Shown: positions 16,023-28,348 of the stretch, piece by piece | Numbering within the stretch: position 1 is the stretch's first letter | Layout of the letters: each line of letters starts with the position of its first letter | NCBI RefSeq assembly: GCF_947507565.1 | Contig: NC_089177.1 | Location: 490,648-554,647 of the forward strand | Origin: Oscarella lobularis | Lineage: Eukaryota | Direction: 5' to 3' | DNA length: 64,000 nucleotides | Translations under genes and position numbers: made by a program | The notes under the pieces: model-generated | Database searches by the model: none | What the model was told of the DNA's origin: nothing | What the model saw: only the letters and a program-made list of their open reading frames with translations

Positions 16023-17579
16023 CATGAGCTCTTGCTGTTCTCCCGCGAAGAAGAACTGCCCGTCAGGGGCTTCCGTGACCGATTCGGTGAAGGAGTATTA
16101 CGGAAAACGGCTAACCGGATCGTCTGATCTGAAAACGAACGCGTGCACGACGTCGAACGTCGGAAAATGGCCCAAACACATTCGCGAAGCAATTTCACAG
16201 TGTCACGACGAAGTGCAAAGCAAGTAAACTGTCATTTAGCGCAAATAGATTTACGGCAGTCTGTGAGTACCATCGCACTTTGAACAGATACTATGGCTGC
16301 GGTTTGACAATTCCCGAGAGCTTGATTGGCGTGCATGTGCTTGATCTCGGCAGTGGATCTGGCCTCGACTGTTTCGTTTTGAGCAAATTGGTCGGAGAAG
16401 GGGGAAGCGTCGTTGGCATTGACATGACAGATGAACAGGTAAAAGCAAAGTCATTAGCGCAAATAATAACCCCTTTCTAAGCCGCATGTTCACTCCTTTT
16501 AGCTGGCTGTGGCAAACAAGCACGTTGATTATCACATGGAAAAATTTGGCTTGCCAAAGCCGAATGTCAGATTCGTTAAGGGCTATATCGAGCGACTAGG
16601 CGAAGCAGGCTTGGAGGACAATTCATTTGATATCGTAGTGTAAGAATGTTTTCTGATCAATGAACCCCTACTTACTTTGTTTCTAGATCCAACTGTGTGA
16701 TCAATTTGAGCCCCGATAAGAAGTCTGTGCTAAAAGAAGCGTTCAGAGTTCTAAAAGTGCGCATAGGTGCTCTCTTCTCGGGTTCTAATAATCATTTCTT
16801 GTTGGTTTCCAGTCCGGCGGGGAGCTCTATTTCAGCGACGTCTATTCTGATAGGGCTGTACCGGAAGAGGCTAAAAAAGATGAAGTCTTGTGGGGTGAAT
16901 GCGTATCGGGTGCAATGGTGTGGAGCGAGTTGGTGCAGTATGCGCAAGAGGTTGGCTTTGAGGAGCCGAGACTTGTCACCGCTTCGGGATATAGCATTGA
17001 AGATGAAAAGCTAAAGAAGATCCAGGAGAAATTAGGTAGAGAAATGACAGAGCTTATGGGTAAGAAGACACCGTTTGCGTGGTTTCTTAGGTGGAGCCCA
17101 GTTTTGCTCTGCAACGTATCGTATTGTAAAAATTGGTGACGACAAGGCAAGAGATGCCAAGCCAATGAAAGTAATCTATAAAGGTACGTTAGGTAGTCTT
17201 GGAAACTTATAGTCCGTGTGGGGGAAAAGTACAGGTTTCTTCTTTAGGCGACATTCTTGGTTTTGAAAAGCGTTTGGAGTTTGACGCTTTTAACGTCTTT
17301 GAGGCTGGAATTCCAAAGCAAGGTACTTGCATGAGGGGGAAAAGTGTAGTGTACGGGTTTCCAAATCCTCCCTATCCCTGTTGACAAAATCCCTGCACCC
17401 TAGTGGCGTCGCCTCTTGCAAAGATTCTCAAAGGTACTCGCTACGCTAATCATTTTAATTTTGAAAGCACCGACGGCGAAGAGAAGGAGACCAATGGAGC
17501 TAGCAAAGTATCTCTCGTCAATCCATTTCCTCATATTACAAAGACGCAGCCGCTTAGCAAAGGAGGTTGCTGCTCCTAA
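16023..17579 (+). CDS. AS3MT: Arsenite methyltransferase (AS3MT), multi-exon.
   Basis: Reads KEYYGKRLTGSSDLKTNACTTSNVGKWPKHIREA | YYGCGLTIPESLIGVHVLDLGSGSGLDCFVLSKLVGEGGSVVGIDMT | [48 protein letters not shown] | GGELYFSDVYSDRAVPEE...VLWGEC...LVTASGYSIEDEKL. It ends ...KGGCCS, stop at 17577-17579, like the human C-terminal GGCCG. Confidence 0.85.
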
Positions 17580-17774
17580 GCAAGAACCCATAGAACGTCG
17601 ACTTCGTGCATTTTTGCGGTAAAATAGGTAGAGCTCAGCTGGATATGTCTATCAGTTGTCAGACTCGTCGCTGATTGCACTAACTAGTATTTCTGTCACA
17701 CGATTATACTGAGTAGCAAAGAAACCGTTTGCTGGCCCCGGTAGTTTGACGTAGGCACTCCCCAATCCAATAGC

Positions 17775-19579
17775 CTATAGAAATAGCCGTTCTCTGCATG
17801 AAACCGCGTGATGATCATTTGTTCTTACCAAATCAACGAGGCAATCAATGTCTTCCAAGTCCGAAAACCCGAGAGCAATTTTCTCGTCCGTTGCGCTTGT
17901 GCTGAACGTGCGCGACAAGTGAGATACTGTTTGGAATTCGTTCCAGTTGTAGGAACGAACGACTGGCTGGATATCTTCCTGTGGTTCCGTTTCGGTCTCG
18001 CCCTCCTCACCTTGAGATGGGAGAGACGGGACGGTCATCTCATAGCTACAAAGTAGCGTGCATTTCTCGTTTAGACGCTCCCTCAGCTTAGTCCAACCAG
18101 CAACGTCCTAAAAAAACAAAGGTGTGCACATCTGATGGCTACATTTGTTTGAGCTAGTACTGATTTAGCTAGGGGATCTTCCAGAAGTTGAATGTGAGGC
18201 TTTTGAGCGATGAGATCGGCGTAGAAATTTATTAAATCGTCGGAGCTTTTCAACTGGCCAACAGTGAGTTCGTATTTATTCTTTTCCTATTAATAACGGG
18301 CTCATTCTCGTACTACTGCGCACAGTGTTTGCGTACCGTATTGAAGCACGTTTGAGCGTCGATATTTACGCCCAGGATTAGATGCGTGTCCCATTCGAGA
18401 TCAGCAGCGGTCAATGCATCTTGCATTAAATCTAGCGCCTGCTCAATTCTATCCAAGCTGGGAGCGTAGGATCCGTCCGGAAGAGTTGCTCTTGAACTAG
18501 GCTATGTATAAAGCCGAATTTATACCTCTACTGAGGTACGTAGTTCTATGAACTGACCCCGCTTTTCAGTGATAGCACGTTGCCCAAACTAGCGTGAAAT
18601 CGTAGAATGTATTGAAGCCCCTATGGTCATTGGTTAATAATTTAGCTCCCAAGGTACATACCTAACTAATTTTGTGACTTACCTTTTGACAGTCAACTTC
18701 CTTTGATGGCATTACATAAAATTGCCTTACTTTCAGTTTTCCGTTTGCGTGTCTCCCGCCGCTTAGTACTTTACTCATAACAATTGGGCAAATTGGGTCC
18801 CTTTCCTTGTTTTTGCTCACAATCGTTGCTAGCGGTTCTTTCCGCAATTGGCTTATGCTTTGAGCCAGAGCTAGAGAAACGGCCATTGTGGCCCTCTTGT
18901 TCCCTATTTCGGCACCACTATCTTCCACTTGTTTGTCTAGGTCTTCTAAGTTCGTCAATGGTTTTCCCATCAGAACTTTGGCTGCCTTGGCAATGACTTC
19001 CGCCACAGCCTCAGGTGTAACCGCGGGCGTTGGCGGTCGATCTACAGCCACTTCGCTGGAGGGTCTCGATTTATTGCGCTTCCCAAATGAAGAAGTGCTC
19101 TTTTCTGCTATGGGCTCAGGCGGCGGAGGCGGGGGACAGACGGAGGAGCCGATCACCTGAAAAATAGAAGATGCCTTTAGGTAAGTAAGCGACGTTCACT
19201 TGAGATACCTGTTGAATTCCATGAAGGACACAGTGCACCTCTACCTTCGATGTCTTTCCGTCCACGCAAGCCACACTTTCTACGGCTGTTACTACAGGCT
19301 CCTGAGCTAATTTTGCAAAGCTCCTTGCCTAAAGGTAGAAAATCAATTTCTTCTTTTTACGCTATATGTTTTTTATACAAGGAATCCGTAAAAATCGTCT
19401 GGTTTGACTCGACACGCTTCGTTGAGAACTTTCTCGCACTCAGCTTGTCCGCGGTTTTCGTTCAGATAAATCAGCGCTTTCTCCTTTTCTCTCTGACGCT
19501 CCAATCGCCGCCGCTCGAGGTCCGTACGACTTTCCATCATACGGGGGAGGATATCTGATTGTGTATTCGTGGCCGTCAT
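17775..19579 (-). CDS. ENO4: Divergent enolase-like protein (ENO4-like), multi-exon. The 3' limit is approximate.
   Basis: Enolase-like blocks: IGNKRATMAVSLALAQSISQLRKEPL...ICPIVMSKVLSGGRHANGKLKVRQFYVMP; SYAPSLDRIEQALDLMQDALTAADLEWDTHLILGVNIDAQTCFN; KNKYELTVGQLKSSDDLINFYADLIAQKPHIQLLEDP. The N-terminal extension is proline-rich. Confidence 0.55.
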
Positions 19580-19831
19580 AGAAACGCCGTCGTTAGGGAA
19601 ACGCTACGGGACCCCGACTGCACAAAGAAACAAAGATGGCAGTTAGTCTCTCTCTCTAGCGCTCCACGATGGCTCCAAACTGTGTTTCTAGGCGCAAGAA
19701 AGCAAAGACAAGCCGGCAATCGACGACACGCTATTCGAAAATATCGAAAAAGACTTCCAAGATGTCGGTTTTTCGCGTCGTTTCGTCCCCGCTCGTTTTT
19801 CACGTTCGAAACTAAGGTCCTATCGAATCTT

Positions 19832-22800
19832 ATGGGCGACAAGAGCTTCGAAAAGTTTCGCGTCGAGTACGAGAAGCTTCATCGGGCGCTGAAGAAGTCG
19901 CACGACAGCGAAAAACGTCTCATGCAACGATGTCGCGAGCTCAACGCCGAAATCGTCGCCAACGCGTCCAAAGTGAGCCAGGCGCTCAAGATATCGCAGG
20001 AAGATCAGAACACGATAACGCAATTGAAAAAAGTACGAAAAGGCGGGCGCGAATTGAAATGGAAAATTTGATTTTTTTTCCCAATAAAGGAAATCGATAA
20101 AGCTTGGAAAATGGTCGAGGCGTCGCACGACAAGGAGCAGCGCGCTCGCGAGACGATTCAGCATTTGAAGCAGGAGATACAGAATTTGACGCGACTCGTT
20201 GAACAGGGTGCCGGTTTGACGATGGGACAAGAACACAGCGTTCAGGAGCTGCTCAGACTCAAAGACGAATTGACGCAGGATAGAGATGAAAAGTTGGCCG
20301 AAGTTGTTCAGGTACCAGTATCACACTATGAGACCACCACTCATATTACATCGCATTTATTTCTATAGTTGAGACAGCAGCTTGGTGAAGTGACCGACAG
20401 GCAGAAATTCTTAGAGCAGGAGCGCGAAGACACTGAACTGAAAACGGCAGAGGTGGGGATTTTTTATAACCAGGGGTAGCTAAGCTTAGCTGTCATTCTG
20501 CAGCTGAAAGAGGAGATACAGAGGAGGCAGCACGAAGCGCAGAGGGAAATACGAAAGAAGGACAAGTTGGAACGCGAGCTCAAAGTGGCCAAAGTGGATC
20601 TCGATTCGAGAACCGGTGAAGTTAAAGCAAAGCAGTCGCAAGTCCAAAAGCTTCAAGATGACGTGACGAGACTGGAAATGGAATTGAAGGAATCAAAGGT
20701 AAGAAAAGAAGCGGTAAGGATACGTCATTCACAACAAACGCATTTCTTTGGCAGACTTTAAACGAAAGAGCTCAAAAGGACAACGATTCTCTGCATCAAA
20801 AATTAGCTCGAGTCCAGCAAGATTACGAACAGCAGCTACTCAATGCTGACTCTCTGGCTGGGGAAAACGCCCAGCGATTGGCTGAGCTCAAGGCAATGCA
20901 GCAACTTCTATTTTTAGTTGTATTTATTATTATTATTATTATTATTATTTTAGGCGAAGGAAGACGAAGTGTCTTCGATGAGACAGGAGACGAGTCGCGT
21001 TACAAGACAGAAAGAATCGTTGCAGAGAAACCTGAGACGAATCGACGAGCAAAAGATGGACGTTGAAAGAGATCGAGACAATTTGAAGGGCGTCATTCAA
21101 GCTCTCGAAAGAGGTAGATAACCATCCGACTCAACGCCTCTTGAAAAAAATCCACCAATTGGCGAATTTAGAACTGGAGCAAGCGAAGAAGCAAGCGGAA
21201 ATGGACCACAAGTCCTTCGACGATCTAATGAGAGAGAGAGACATATTGACTAAGGTAGCCGTTTTAGAGTGTACAATTGCAATGACGGCAACAGCAAAAG
21301 TCGATTTAGAATTTGAAAAAAGCGGAAGGCGCCACGGAGAAAGCGTCCAACATGGTGAAGCTTCACGAACAGGCTCGAAAGAATCTCGAACAGGAGATAC
21401 AGGTAGAAAAAAAATAAACGTAAGTTCTTTAGCCTCGGCTTCTAGAGTCGATTTCTTTTAGAACTACAAAGACGAGGCGGCGAAGCAACGCAAACTGATA
21501 CATCATCTGGAAAAGGAGCGCGATCGCTACATCAACGAAGCGAGCGACATGACGCAGAAGTGCCTGAAGAGCACGGAAGAGGTGAAGATGCGCGAAATGC
21601 GCATATTCGACTTCAAGAAAAAGATCGCCGAATCGGAGACGAAGTTGAAGCAGCAGCAGAACCTGTACGAAGCGGTGCGAAGCGATCGAAATCTCTACAG
21701 CAAGAATCTGATCGAGGCGCAAGACGAAATAGCCGAAATGAAGCGAAAGTTGAAGATAATGAATCATCAGATCGATCAGCTGAAGGAGGAGATAACGGCG
21801 AAGGAGGCGGCGCTCGTGAAAGAGCACATGGAGCATCAGCGCGTCGAGAAGGAGAAGGAATCGTTGAAGCAGGATCTGATGAAGATGAAGTTGGAGAAGG
21901 ATCGAACGAAGCAGTACATGGAGAGCCAGCAGGCGGAGGAGCGAAAACTCTTGAAGATCATCGCCGAAGCGGATTCGGAGAAGTTGCGACAGAAGAAGGA
22001 GCTCGATCAGGTGATCAACGAGAGGGACATATTGGGGACGCAGTTGATTCGACGAAACGACGAGCTGGCGTTGCTCTATGAGAAGATTAAGATTCAGCAG
22101 TCGACTTTGAACAAAGGTAGGATATATCGATTATTGAACCGGAGGCGCGAGTGAGAACTCTTCCTTATTTTCCAAGGTGAAATACAGTATCGTCAGCGAT
22201 TAGAAGATATACGCATATTGAAGCTTGAGATTAAGAAGCTTCGGAGAGAGAAGGCCATGCTGAGTCGGAGTGTATCCAATGCTGACGAACTCAGGTCTGT
22301 TTACTCTCTGTGTCTTATTAATGGCTATTATTTGCCTTGTTTTCTCAGACGCGAACTCTATCACGCTCAGCGAGAGTTGCTGCGCGAACGAACGCGTTGC
22401 AAGGCGCTGGAAGAGGAGCTTGAGAGCCCGATGAACATTCACAGATGGAGAAAATTGGAGGTGCGCAAAAAGACATGACTCTGTGTTCATATATAGAAAA
22501 TGAGCTTCGTACAATTCGCAGGGAAGTGATCCGAGCACTTTTGAAATGATACAGAAGGTGCAAACACTTCAGAAGCGCCTCATACAGAAGACGGAAGAGG
22601 CGAGACAGCGAAAATGAAACTCTTCACATCGTTATTTCTGATCGTACAGGTCGTCGAGAAAGAGTTGCTGATACAGGAGAAAGAAAAACTCTACGTGGAA
22701 CTAAAGCAAATCCTATCGCGACAACCGGGCCCCGAAGTCGCCGAACAGTTGCAAGTGTATCAGCAGACTCTGAAAGAGAAAACTCGACAGATGAAGGTAA

Positions 22801-23199
22801 GAGGCGGAAGGGACTCGGTATCACTTTCAAGCGGGGACTTGGGGACTCGTAGAGCATGGCCTCCGAGCTGAATATGTACGAGGCACAGGTGACCGACCAC
22901 AAGTACGAAATGGAGCGGCTCGCCAGGGAATTGCAAGACGTCAAGAAGAAGTACTTTCTCCAGAAACGGAAAGAGCAGCAAATACGGTAAGTGGCGCGGA
23001 TGTGCATGGCAACCGCGTTTTCACACTAATTCCGCGCTTTTCTCTCGGGAACTGTAGAGAGAAAGAGCGAGCGCTCGGCCACGTCGCTGCGGCGACCGAG
23101 CCGCCCATGATCCACGCCCAACGGTCGGCCGACGCGCCGCGATTCACGGGTGGCGGCTTCAATCTAAAGCAGCCGGCGAGCAGCAAAGTCGTAGCTTAG
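19832..23199 (+). CDS. CFAP58: CFAP58-like coiled-coil ciliary protein, multi-exon. The start is uncertain.
   Basis: GDKSFEKFRVEYEKLHRALKKSHDSEKRLMQRCRELNAEIVANASKVSQALKISQEDQNTITQLKK...EIDKAWKMVEASHDKEQRARETIQHLKQEI matches the CFAP58 N-terminal region. Coiled-coil exons continue to the stop at 23197-23199. AATAAA lies at 23225. Confidence 0.7.
20917..20950. repeat. (ATT)n microsatellite (intronic)
   Basis: tattattattattattattattattatttt. Confidence 0.9.
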
Positions 23200-23782
23200 G
23201 AACACAAAGAACTTGGTACTTATTCAATAAAAGTGGCAAGGGAGGTAAGATAGGTGTTTAGTGACTACTATCAGTCTTCCTTCTTTCATCGATTGTGACG
23301 TTACTTGGAAGTTCCACTTGAATCCGAGATGATTCAAGTGTTACGCCCTTTCCAGACTTTCCACGCGGTACCAAGCCTGCAGAGCCCTAGCAAGGAAAGT
23401 CATAGTTGGCGCTTCTTTGAACGATAATTCTAGCTACCTTTACGTAGATACCACCTGTTGATTTCTGAGCCCTCTTTCCCGTCTGCAAATAAGAGAATGT
23501 CATAGGATTCATTAGATATCGTCTCCTTCTACCGTTTCTCTCTGTTGCTTTGAACTGGGTGTCACGTCTTCTTGAAACATCAAGGAGTGAAGCTAGAAAA
23601 AAAAGAGAAAATGACGTACAGTCAAAACGAGCATTCCAACTGTACCCCTCGCCGAAGATGAGACAACTGGGACTCGTAGCTTCGATTCTGTCTCTGAAGC
23701 GCCTCAACTTCAGACAGCGCCGATCGCAATTCAACGTCCGCCTGCCGTCTTGCAGCAACAGCATCTCTCATCTACAATAAAG

Positions 23783-24868
23783 TCAACTTAGGTACTGACA
23801 CCGATATAAGAGCTCTCCTACTCTCTGCTTGAGTCTTTCAATGTTTTCAGTATTGGTACGCTCCTCTTGCTCATGTCTGTCCAAGACGGAGTTGAGCTGG
23901 TGCCGTGAGCCCTCCAATTCCAGCTTCACGTTGGCGAGTTGAGCCCGAAGAGCTTGGACTTCTCTTCTGGCCTCGTCTCGTTCGCGCTCCACCATGCTCG
24001 CCTTTGCCTCAGCGGCAATGATAGCGCGTCTGACGTCGTCAGAAGTATGTTGGCTTTCTTCTATTTGGCCTAGTTGAGCTTTGAGTTCATCAATTTTTGA
24101 ATTCTTTGTTGCTTCCATTTTCTTGTAATCCTCCTTCCACTTCTTGTTTACGTCAATGACCTAAGGTACCTTAGATTGATCTTTTTTTGTAGTCTATTTC
24201 TATAGCTACAAACCGTTCTCAAATGTTCTTGAAGTCGCGAGATTTCCTCTTGTAGAAATTTGACGTCATCTGACTTGATGGCTGCAGGGGGAGCACGTTG
24301 CATTGGAGTTGAATGCAAAGGTCTTGAAATGACGGACGACTGAAGAGTTGAATAGACAGAGGACTCGAGTGACGTTGACAGGTAGGAAGAATCAGCCATA
24401 GAAAGTTGGTCCTTGGAGAAAAATAAAGAACGTAATACAGATAACGAGGATGTGACAAATTGCTTATTACCATAGAAGAAAGAAGGCTTTCACACGCATT
24501 TTCTTGGAGAATAGCTCGGAGTTTGTCATCAGGAATTCCCAACTTGGCAATAATCATCTTGGTTTCCTGCAATTCTTTTGACAGAGAAGCGCAGGTAAGT
24601 TCTTTTGCCTCTAATTTCTCCTCCAATCGTTTGATTTCATCATTTTTCTCCTTTGAAAAGCAATCTCTTGAGTCACGTAGAAAGATCCTCACCAAATCAA
24701 TTTCACCTCAATGCACAGTCGAATTTCATCGTTAATCGTAGCAACAAACTCTTTAACTCGTTCCACAGAAGGCACGAGCTGCTCCAGAGCTTTGACTCTA
24801 CCCAAGACGTCACCACGTCCAGTTCCGGGTGAAGAAATTTGCACAGAACTGGTCGGTGTATCGGTCAT
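23783..24868 (-). CDS. Coiled-coil protein, family unassigned, multi-exon. It is convergent with CFAP58.
   Basis: ATG at 24868 reads MTDTPTSSVQISSPGTGRGDVLGRVKALEQLV. Heptad-rich exons follow: EKNDEIKRLEEKLEAKELTCASLSKELQETKMIIAKLGI and KIDELKAQLGQIEESQHTSDDVRRAIIAAEAKASMVERERDEARREVQALRAQLANVKLELE. The stop TGA is at 23783. Confidence 0.45.
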
Positions 24869-25682
24869 CTCCAGCAGGTAAAACTAAAAGTCAATGCAGA
24901 GGACTTCGGGTACAAATGACGCATGATGATCTAAGGTGTACGCCCCCACAAATTTCCCGAGGGACATGCCCCTTTAGTAACAGTACCCTTACGTAGTCGC
25001 GCTACGGTACTCGCGTACAGTGGACGAGTCGATTCACAGCAGAACGTGCGCCTGTCATTAGTTAACGTTTTTAGGTCGATGCTTTAGTTTCGTGCGAGCG
25101 CGTGCGTTAATTCTTCGCTCCTGTACGCGTAAGTGTACGCGTAGGGTCACTCTACTCTACCTTCGCAAGTCTTCAACATGTGCTCAATCTTGGAGCGGCG
25201 ATTGATTTCAGGCTTTGACAAGCGAAGACCTGCTCAGACTCGCCTCCGAAAATGGCGATGAGCAACTGGCACGGGGACTTCCCATTGTGTCATTTTTACT
25301 CTGATTGGCTACTCCTCACATTATGGGCAGAACAGCGGCAAAGCGAAGTAGGAAAAGATCCGGTATAGCGCGGAAGTTTTATCATTTCAGAGAAGTTCTC
25401 TTTAATTAATTAAAGAACTTCTCCTCTGATTTATCTGCTATGATAATATCAAGTTTGTTTTTCTTTACGACAGTGCGACTAAGCCGACAGGAATATTCCC
25501 AACGCTAGCATGGCTTTCTTTGATTTTTCCCCAACGAAATTTCTATTCGTTGGGACGAATTGTAGCGCACGATGCTCTCACGTGAGTCAAAAATTCACGT
25601 GGTGAACATCCGCCTTTCGCGCGTATGAGGCTGTATGACGTCGTCACGCGAAGTCACGACTCAACGATCGTCGTAGAAGCAA
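24869..25682. promoter_or_regulatory. Divergent (bidirectional) promoter region between the minus-strand coiled-coil gene and the plus-strand SLC26 gene. It contains a near-palindromic element at 25388-25425.
   Basis: Both flanking genes start here and point away from each other. The element is agaaGTTCtcttTAATTAATTAaagaacTTCtcc: tandem homeodomain TAAT cores flanked by inverted GAAnnTTC (HSE-like) half-sites. Confidence 0.4.
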
Positions 25683-27956
25683 ATGGAACTGAGACACATG
25701 CCCTCGCATCCGTCGGGCGGCCCCCGAACGATCATAGACCGTCCAACCTACAACGAAGACCAATTCCACAGCGGATTTCGACCAGCGCCGACACCGACAC
25801 CCAAAACTCTGATTCAACGCCTCAAATGCGCTCGTCCGAGTCGCGCCAGTTTGACTCGCTTTCTCCTAGCCCACTTCCCCATCGTCACAACCCTAATGAA
25901 TTACAAAATCAGCTGGAAAGACAAAATAATCGGCGATCTCGCCGGCGGCCTAACAACAGGCATCATGACAATACCTCAGGGTCTCGCTTACGCATCTCTA
26001 GCTAACGTCAATTCAGTCTACGGACTCTATACGGGAATATTTCCAGTTATCATCTACGTTCTCCTAGGCACATCGCAACACTTGTCTATGGGTGTCTTCG
26101 CCGTTGTGACGATCATGATCGGCGATGCTGTCCTAGCACAACTCCATGGAGCCAAATCTATTATTGCAAATGAGACTGCAGCTAATACATGTAATGGAAC
26201 CATCCTTACAGTTACTAATCTCACCAATAATGGAGCTATCCTCAATGGGACGATATCTGATGAAATTCCACTTCAGAAGGAGGATATTGCTATTGCTCTC
26301 ACTTTGGTGGTGGGCGTCGTTCAAATACTTTTCTACGTATTTCGACTTGGTTTTGTAACGCGATTCATGTCCGATGCAATGGTGAGCGGTTTCACGACGG
26401 GCGCCGCCTTTCACGTTGCCGCGTCGCAAATCCGTCACGTGTTCGGCTTGGAACTCAGCTATCGGAGCCCCTTCGTCGTACCCAAAACAATCTACGGCGT
26501 TTTCAAGAATATTGCCGATACGAACGCCGCCGCCTTTATTATTGCCGTCATCTCGATCGTCTTTCTTGTTATTGTGAAATACGTCAATCAGCGTTATCAG
26601 AAGAAACTTCGATTTCCCATACCCGGCGAACTCATCATCGTGATAATCGGAACTGGCGTCTCATACGGCGGAAAATTTGAAGAGAATTTCGACGTGAAAG
26701 TCGTCGCCGATTTGAGATCCGGCGTGCCGACTCCGCGCGCGCCGCGTTTTGACGTCATTGTGGACTTGCTTTCCACCTCGTATCCCTACGTGATTGCCGT
26801 CGTTTCGTTCGCCGTCAATATGTCCATAGCGAAATTGTTTGCAAAGAAGTTTCGTTATCAGATGAACAGCAACCAGGAACTACTCGCCTATGGAACGTCG
26901 AACATATTCGGCTCCTTTTTCAATTGTCTCGTTGCGAGCGGTTCGCTCTCGCGCTCGGCCGTCTACGCGTCGTGCGGCGGTCGAACGATAGTCGGAAGCT
27001 CGTTTTCGGCGCTTCTCATTCTCATCGTCGTTCTCGCTATCGCGCAGCTGTTCGCCGCCCTACCGAAGGCCGTGCTCGCCGCCGTCATTTTCGTCGGCCT
27101 TCGCGGTCTCTTCGTCCAATTTCGCGACGTAAAGCGTCTCTATCGACTCAGTCTCAGCGACATGTTCGTCTGGATTGTTACGTGGCTTGCGACTGCCGTC
27201 GTTTCCGTCGACATCGGTCTCGCCGTCGGGATCGGTTTCTCCCTACTCGTCATCATCTATCGAACGGCGTGGCCTCACCACACGCTTCTCGGTCGAATGT
27301 CCGATACGGATTTGTATCGCGAAGTGAGTCGCTATTACATGTGCGAAGAGGTCGACGGCATCAAGATATTTCGCTACGAGGCGTCGCTCTGTTTCGCCAA
27401 CGCCGAGTCGTTCAAAGCGGCCCTACTCAAGTCGCTGGGATCCATCAATTTGGATGACCCCGATTCTGCATTGGGGGAGAGCGTACAGACGACGCGTTCG
27501 AACGCCGTCAACGACGACGACGACGATTCTCCGCCCGAGTATAGACGCAATTTATCGGCAAGGGAATTAGCTCCTCAAAGGAAGTCTCCTATTCATACAG
27601 TTGTCGTCGATTGCACCGTTGTTACGTATTTGGACTCGCTTGGGGTTGGGCTGCTTATAGAGCTGACGAAGGATCTTGAGGAGGCCGGCTTGCAGATGCT
27701 CTTAGCCGGTTGCCGTTGGCGTGTAAGGCAGAGTCTCAAGCAAGGGCTCTATCTCGACAAAGTCGGGTCGGATCATCTTTTTGTCACGATTCATGATGCT
27801 GTAGTATTTGCTCAGACGGGGCTTAGACTGATGCGTAAGAGCGGCAGTGGTGAGGTGAGTTGTCAACCGGCTGACGAGGCTGGAGAAGGGTCTGGTGACA
27901 AGAGTTCCTCTATTTCTAGTACTCATAGCAATATTCTTTCCGAAACTTCTGTCTAG
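25683..27956 (+). CDS. SLC26/SulP-family anion transporter with a C-terminal STAS domain, single exon.
   Basis: 757-aa ORF with many TM helices: GDLAGGLTTGIMTIPQGLAYASLANV, GLYTGIFPVIIYVLLGTSQHLSMG. The STAS-like C-terminus reads HTVVVDCTVVTYLDSLGVGLLIELTKDLEEAGLQMLLAGC. Confidence 0.8.
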   Translation: MELRHMPSHPSGGPRTIIDRPTYNEDQFHSGFRPAPTPTPKTLIQRLKCARPSRASLTRFLLAHFPIVTTLMNYKISWKDKIIGDLAGGLTTGIMTIPQGLAYASLANVNSVYGLYTGIFPVIIYVLLGTSQHLSMGVFAVVTIMIGDAVLAQLHGAKSIIANETAANTCNGTILTVTNLTNNGAILNGTISDEIPLQKEDIAIALTLVVGVVQILFYVFRLGFVTRFMSDAMVSGFTTGAAFHVAASQIRHVFGLELSYRSPFVVPKTIYGVFKNIADTNAAAFIIAVISIVFLVIVKYVNQRYQKKLRFPIPGELIIVIIGTGVSYGGKFEENFDVKVVADLRSGVPTPRAPRFDVIVDLLSTSYPYVIAVVSFAVNMSIAKLFAKKFRYQMNSNQELLAYGTSNIFGSFFNCLVASGSLSRSAVYASCGGRTIVGSSFSALLILIVVLAIAQLFAALPKAVLAAVIFVGLRGLFVQFRDVKRLYRLSLSDMFVWIVTWLATAVVSVDIGLAVGIGFSLLVIIYRTAWPHHTLLGRMSDTDLYREVSRYYMCEEVDGIKIFRYEASLCFANAESFKAALLKSLGSINLDDPDSALGESVQTTRSNAVNDDDDDSPPEYRRNLSARELAPQRKSPIHTVVVDCTVVTYLDSLGVGLLIELTKDLEEAGLQMLLAGCRWRVRQSLKQGLYLDKVGSDHLFVTIHDAVVFAQTGLRLMRKSGSGEVSCQPADEAGEGSGDKSSSISSTHSNILSETSV

Positions 27957-28348
27957 ATTTTTTTGAATGTTCATGTTGTAGAAGAGAGTGGAGAAATAGG
28001 ATTGAAAATTTTTTCCAGTGGCGCAACTAGACAGGAATAAGCGGGGTCAGACCGGAGCGGTAAATAAACACACAATTCAATATCTAACTAATTGTTTTTG
28101 AGCACCCCGGCGGTTTATAACGGCTTGTGTGTCTTGGCGCATGCGCAATCGATGTTTGCTAGACTTTGAGTACTACTCGGAATCCCGTCCTACTTTAGCG
28201 ATCCTTCATTCTAGTTTCTTGCTCTATGATTTAAACTATAGTCGATTGACAATGTGGAAGGTTCGAGAGCTCGGCGACAAGATGTAAGCCGTTTTCGAAA
28301 CGCGTCACGCCCGAACGTCTTATCTCCCCCGCACATAGCGCCAACGTA

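Noticed and set aside
23387-23764. 125-aa minus-strand ORF downstream of the coiled-coil gene
   Set aside because: It has no coiled-coil or other similarity and no convincing splice link to the upstream exon that ends with TGA at 23783. It lies in the convergent 3'-UTR zone shared with CFAP58.
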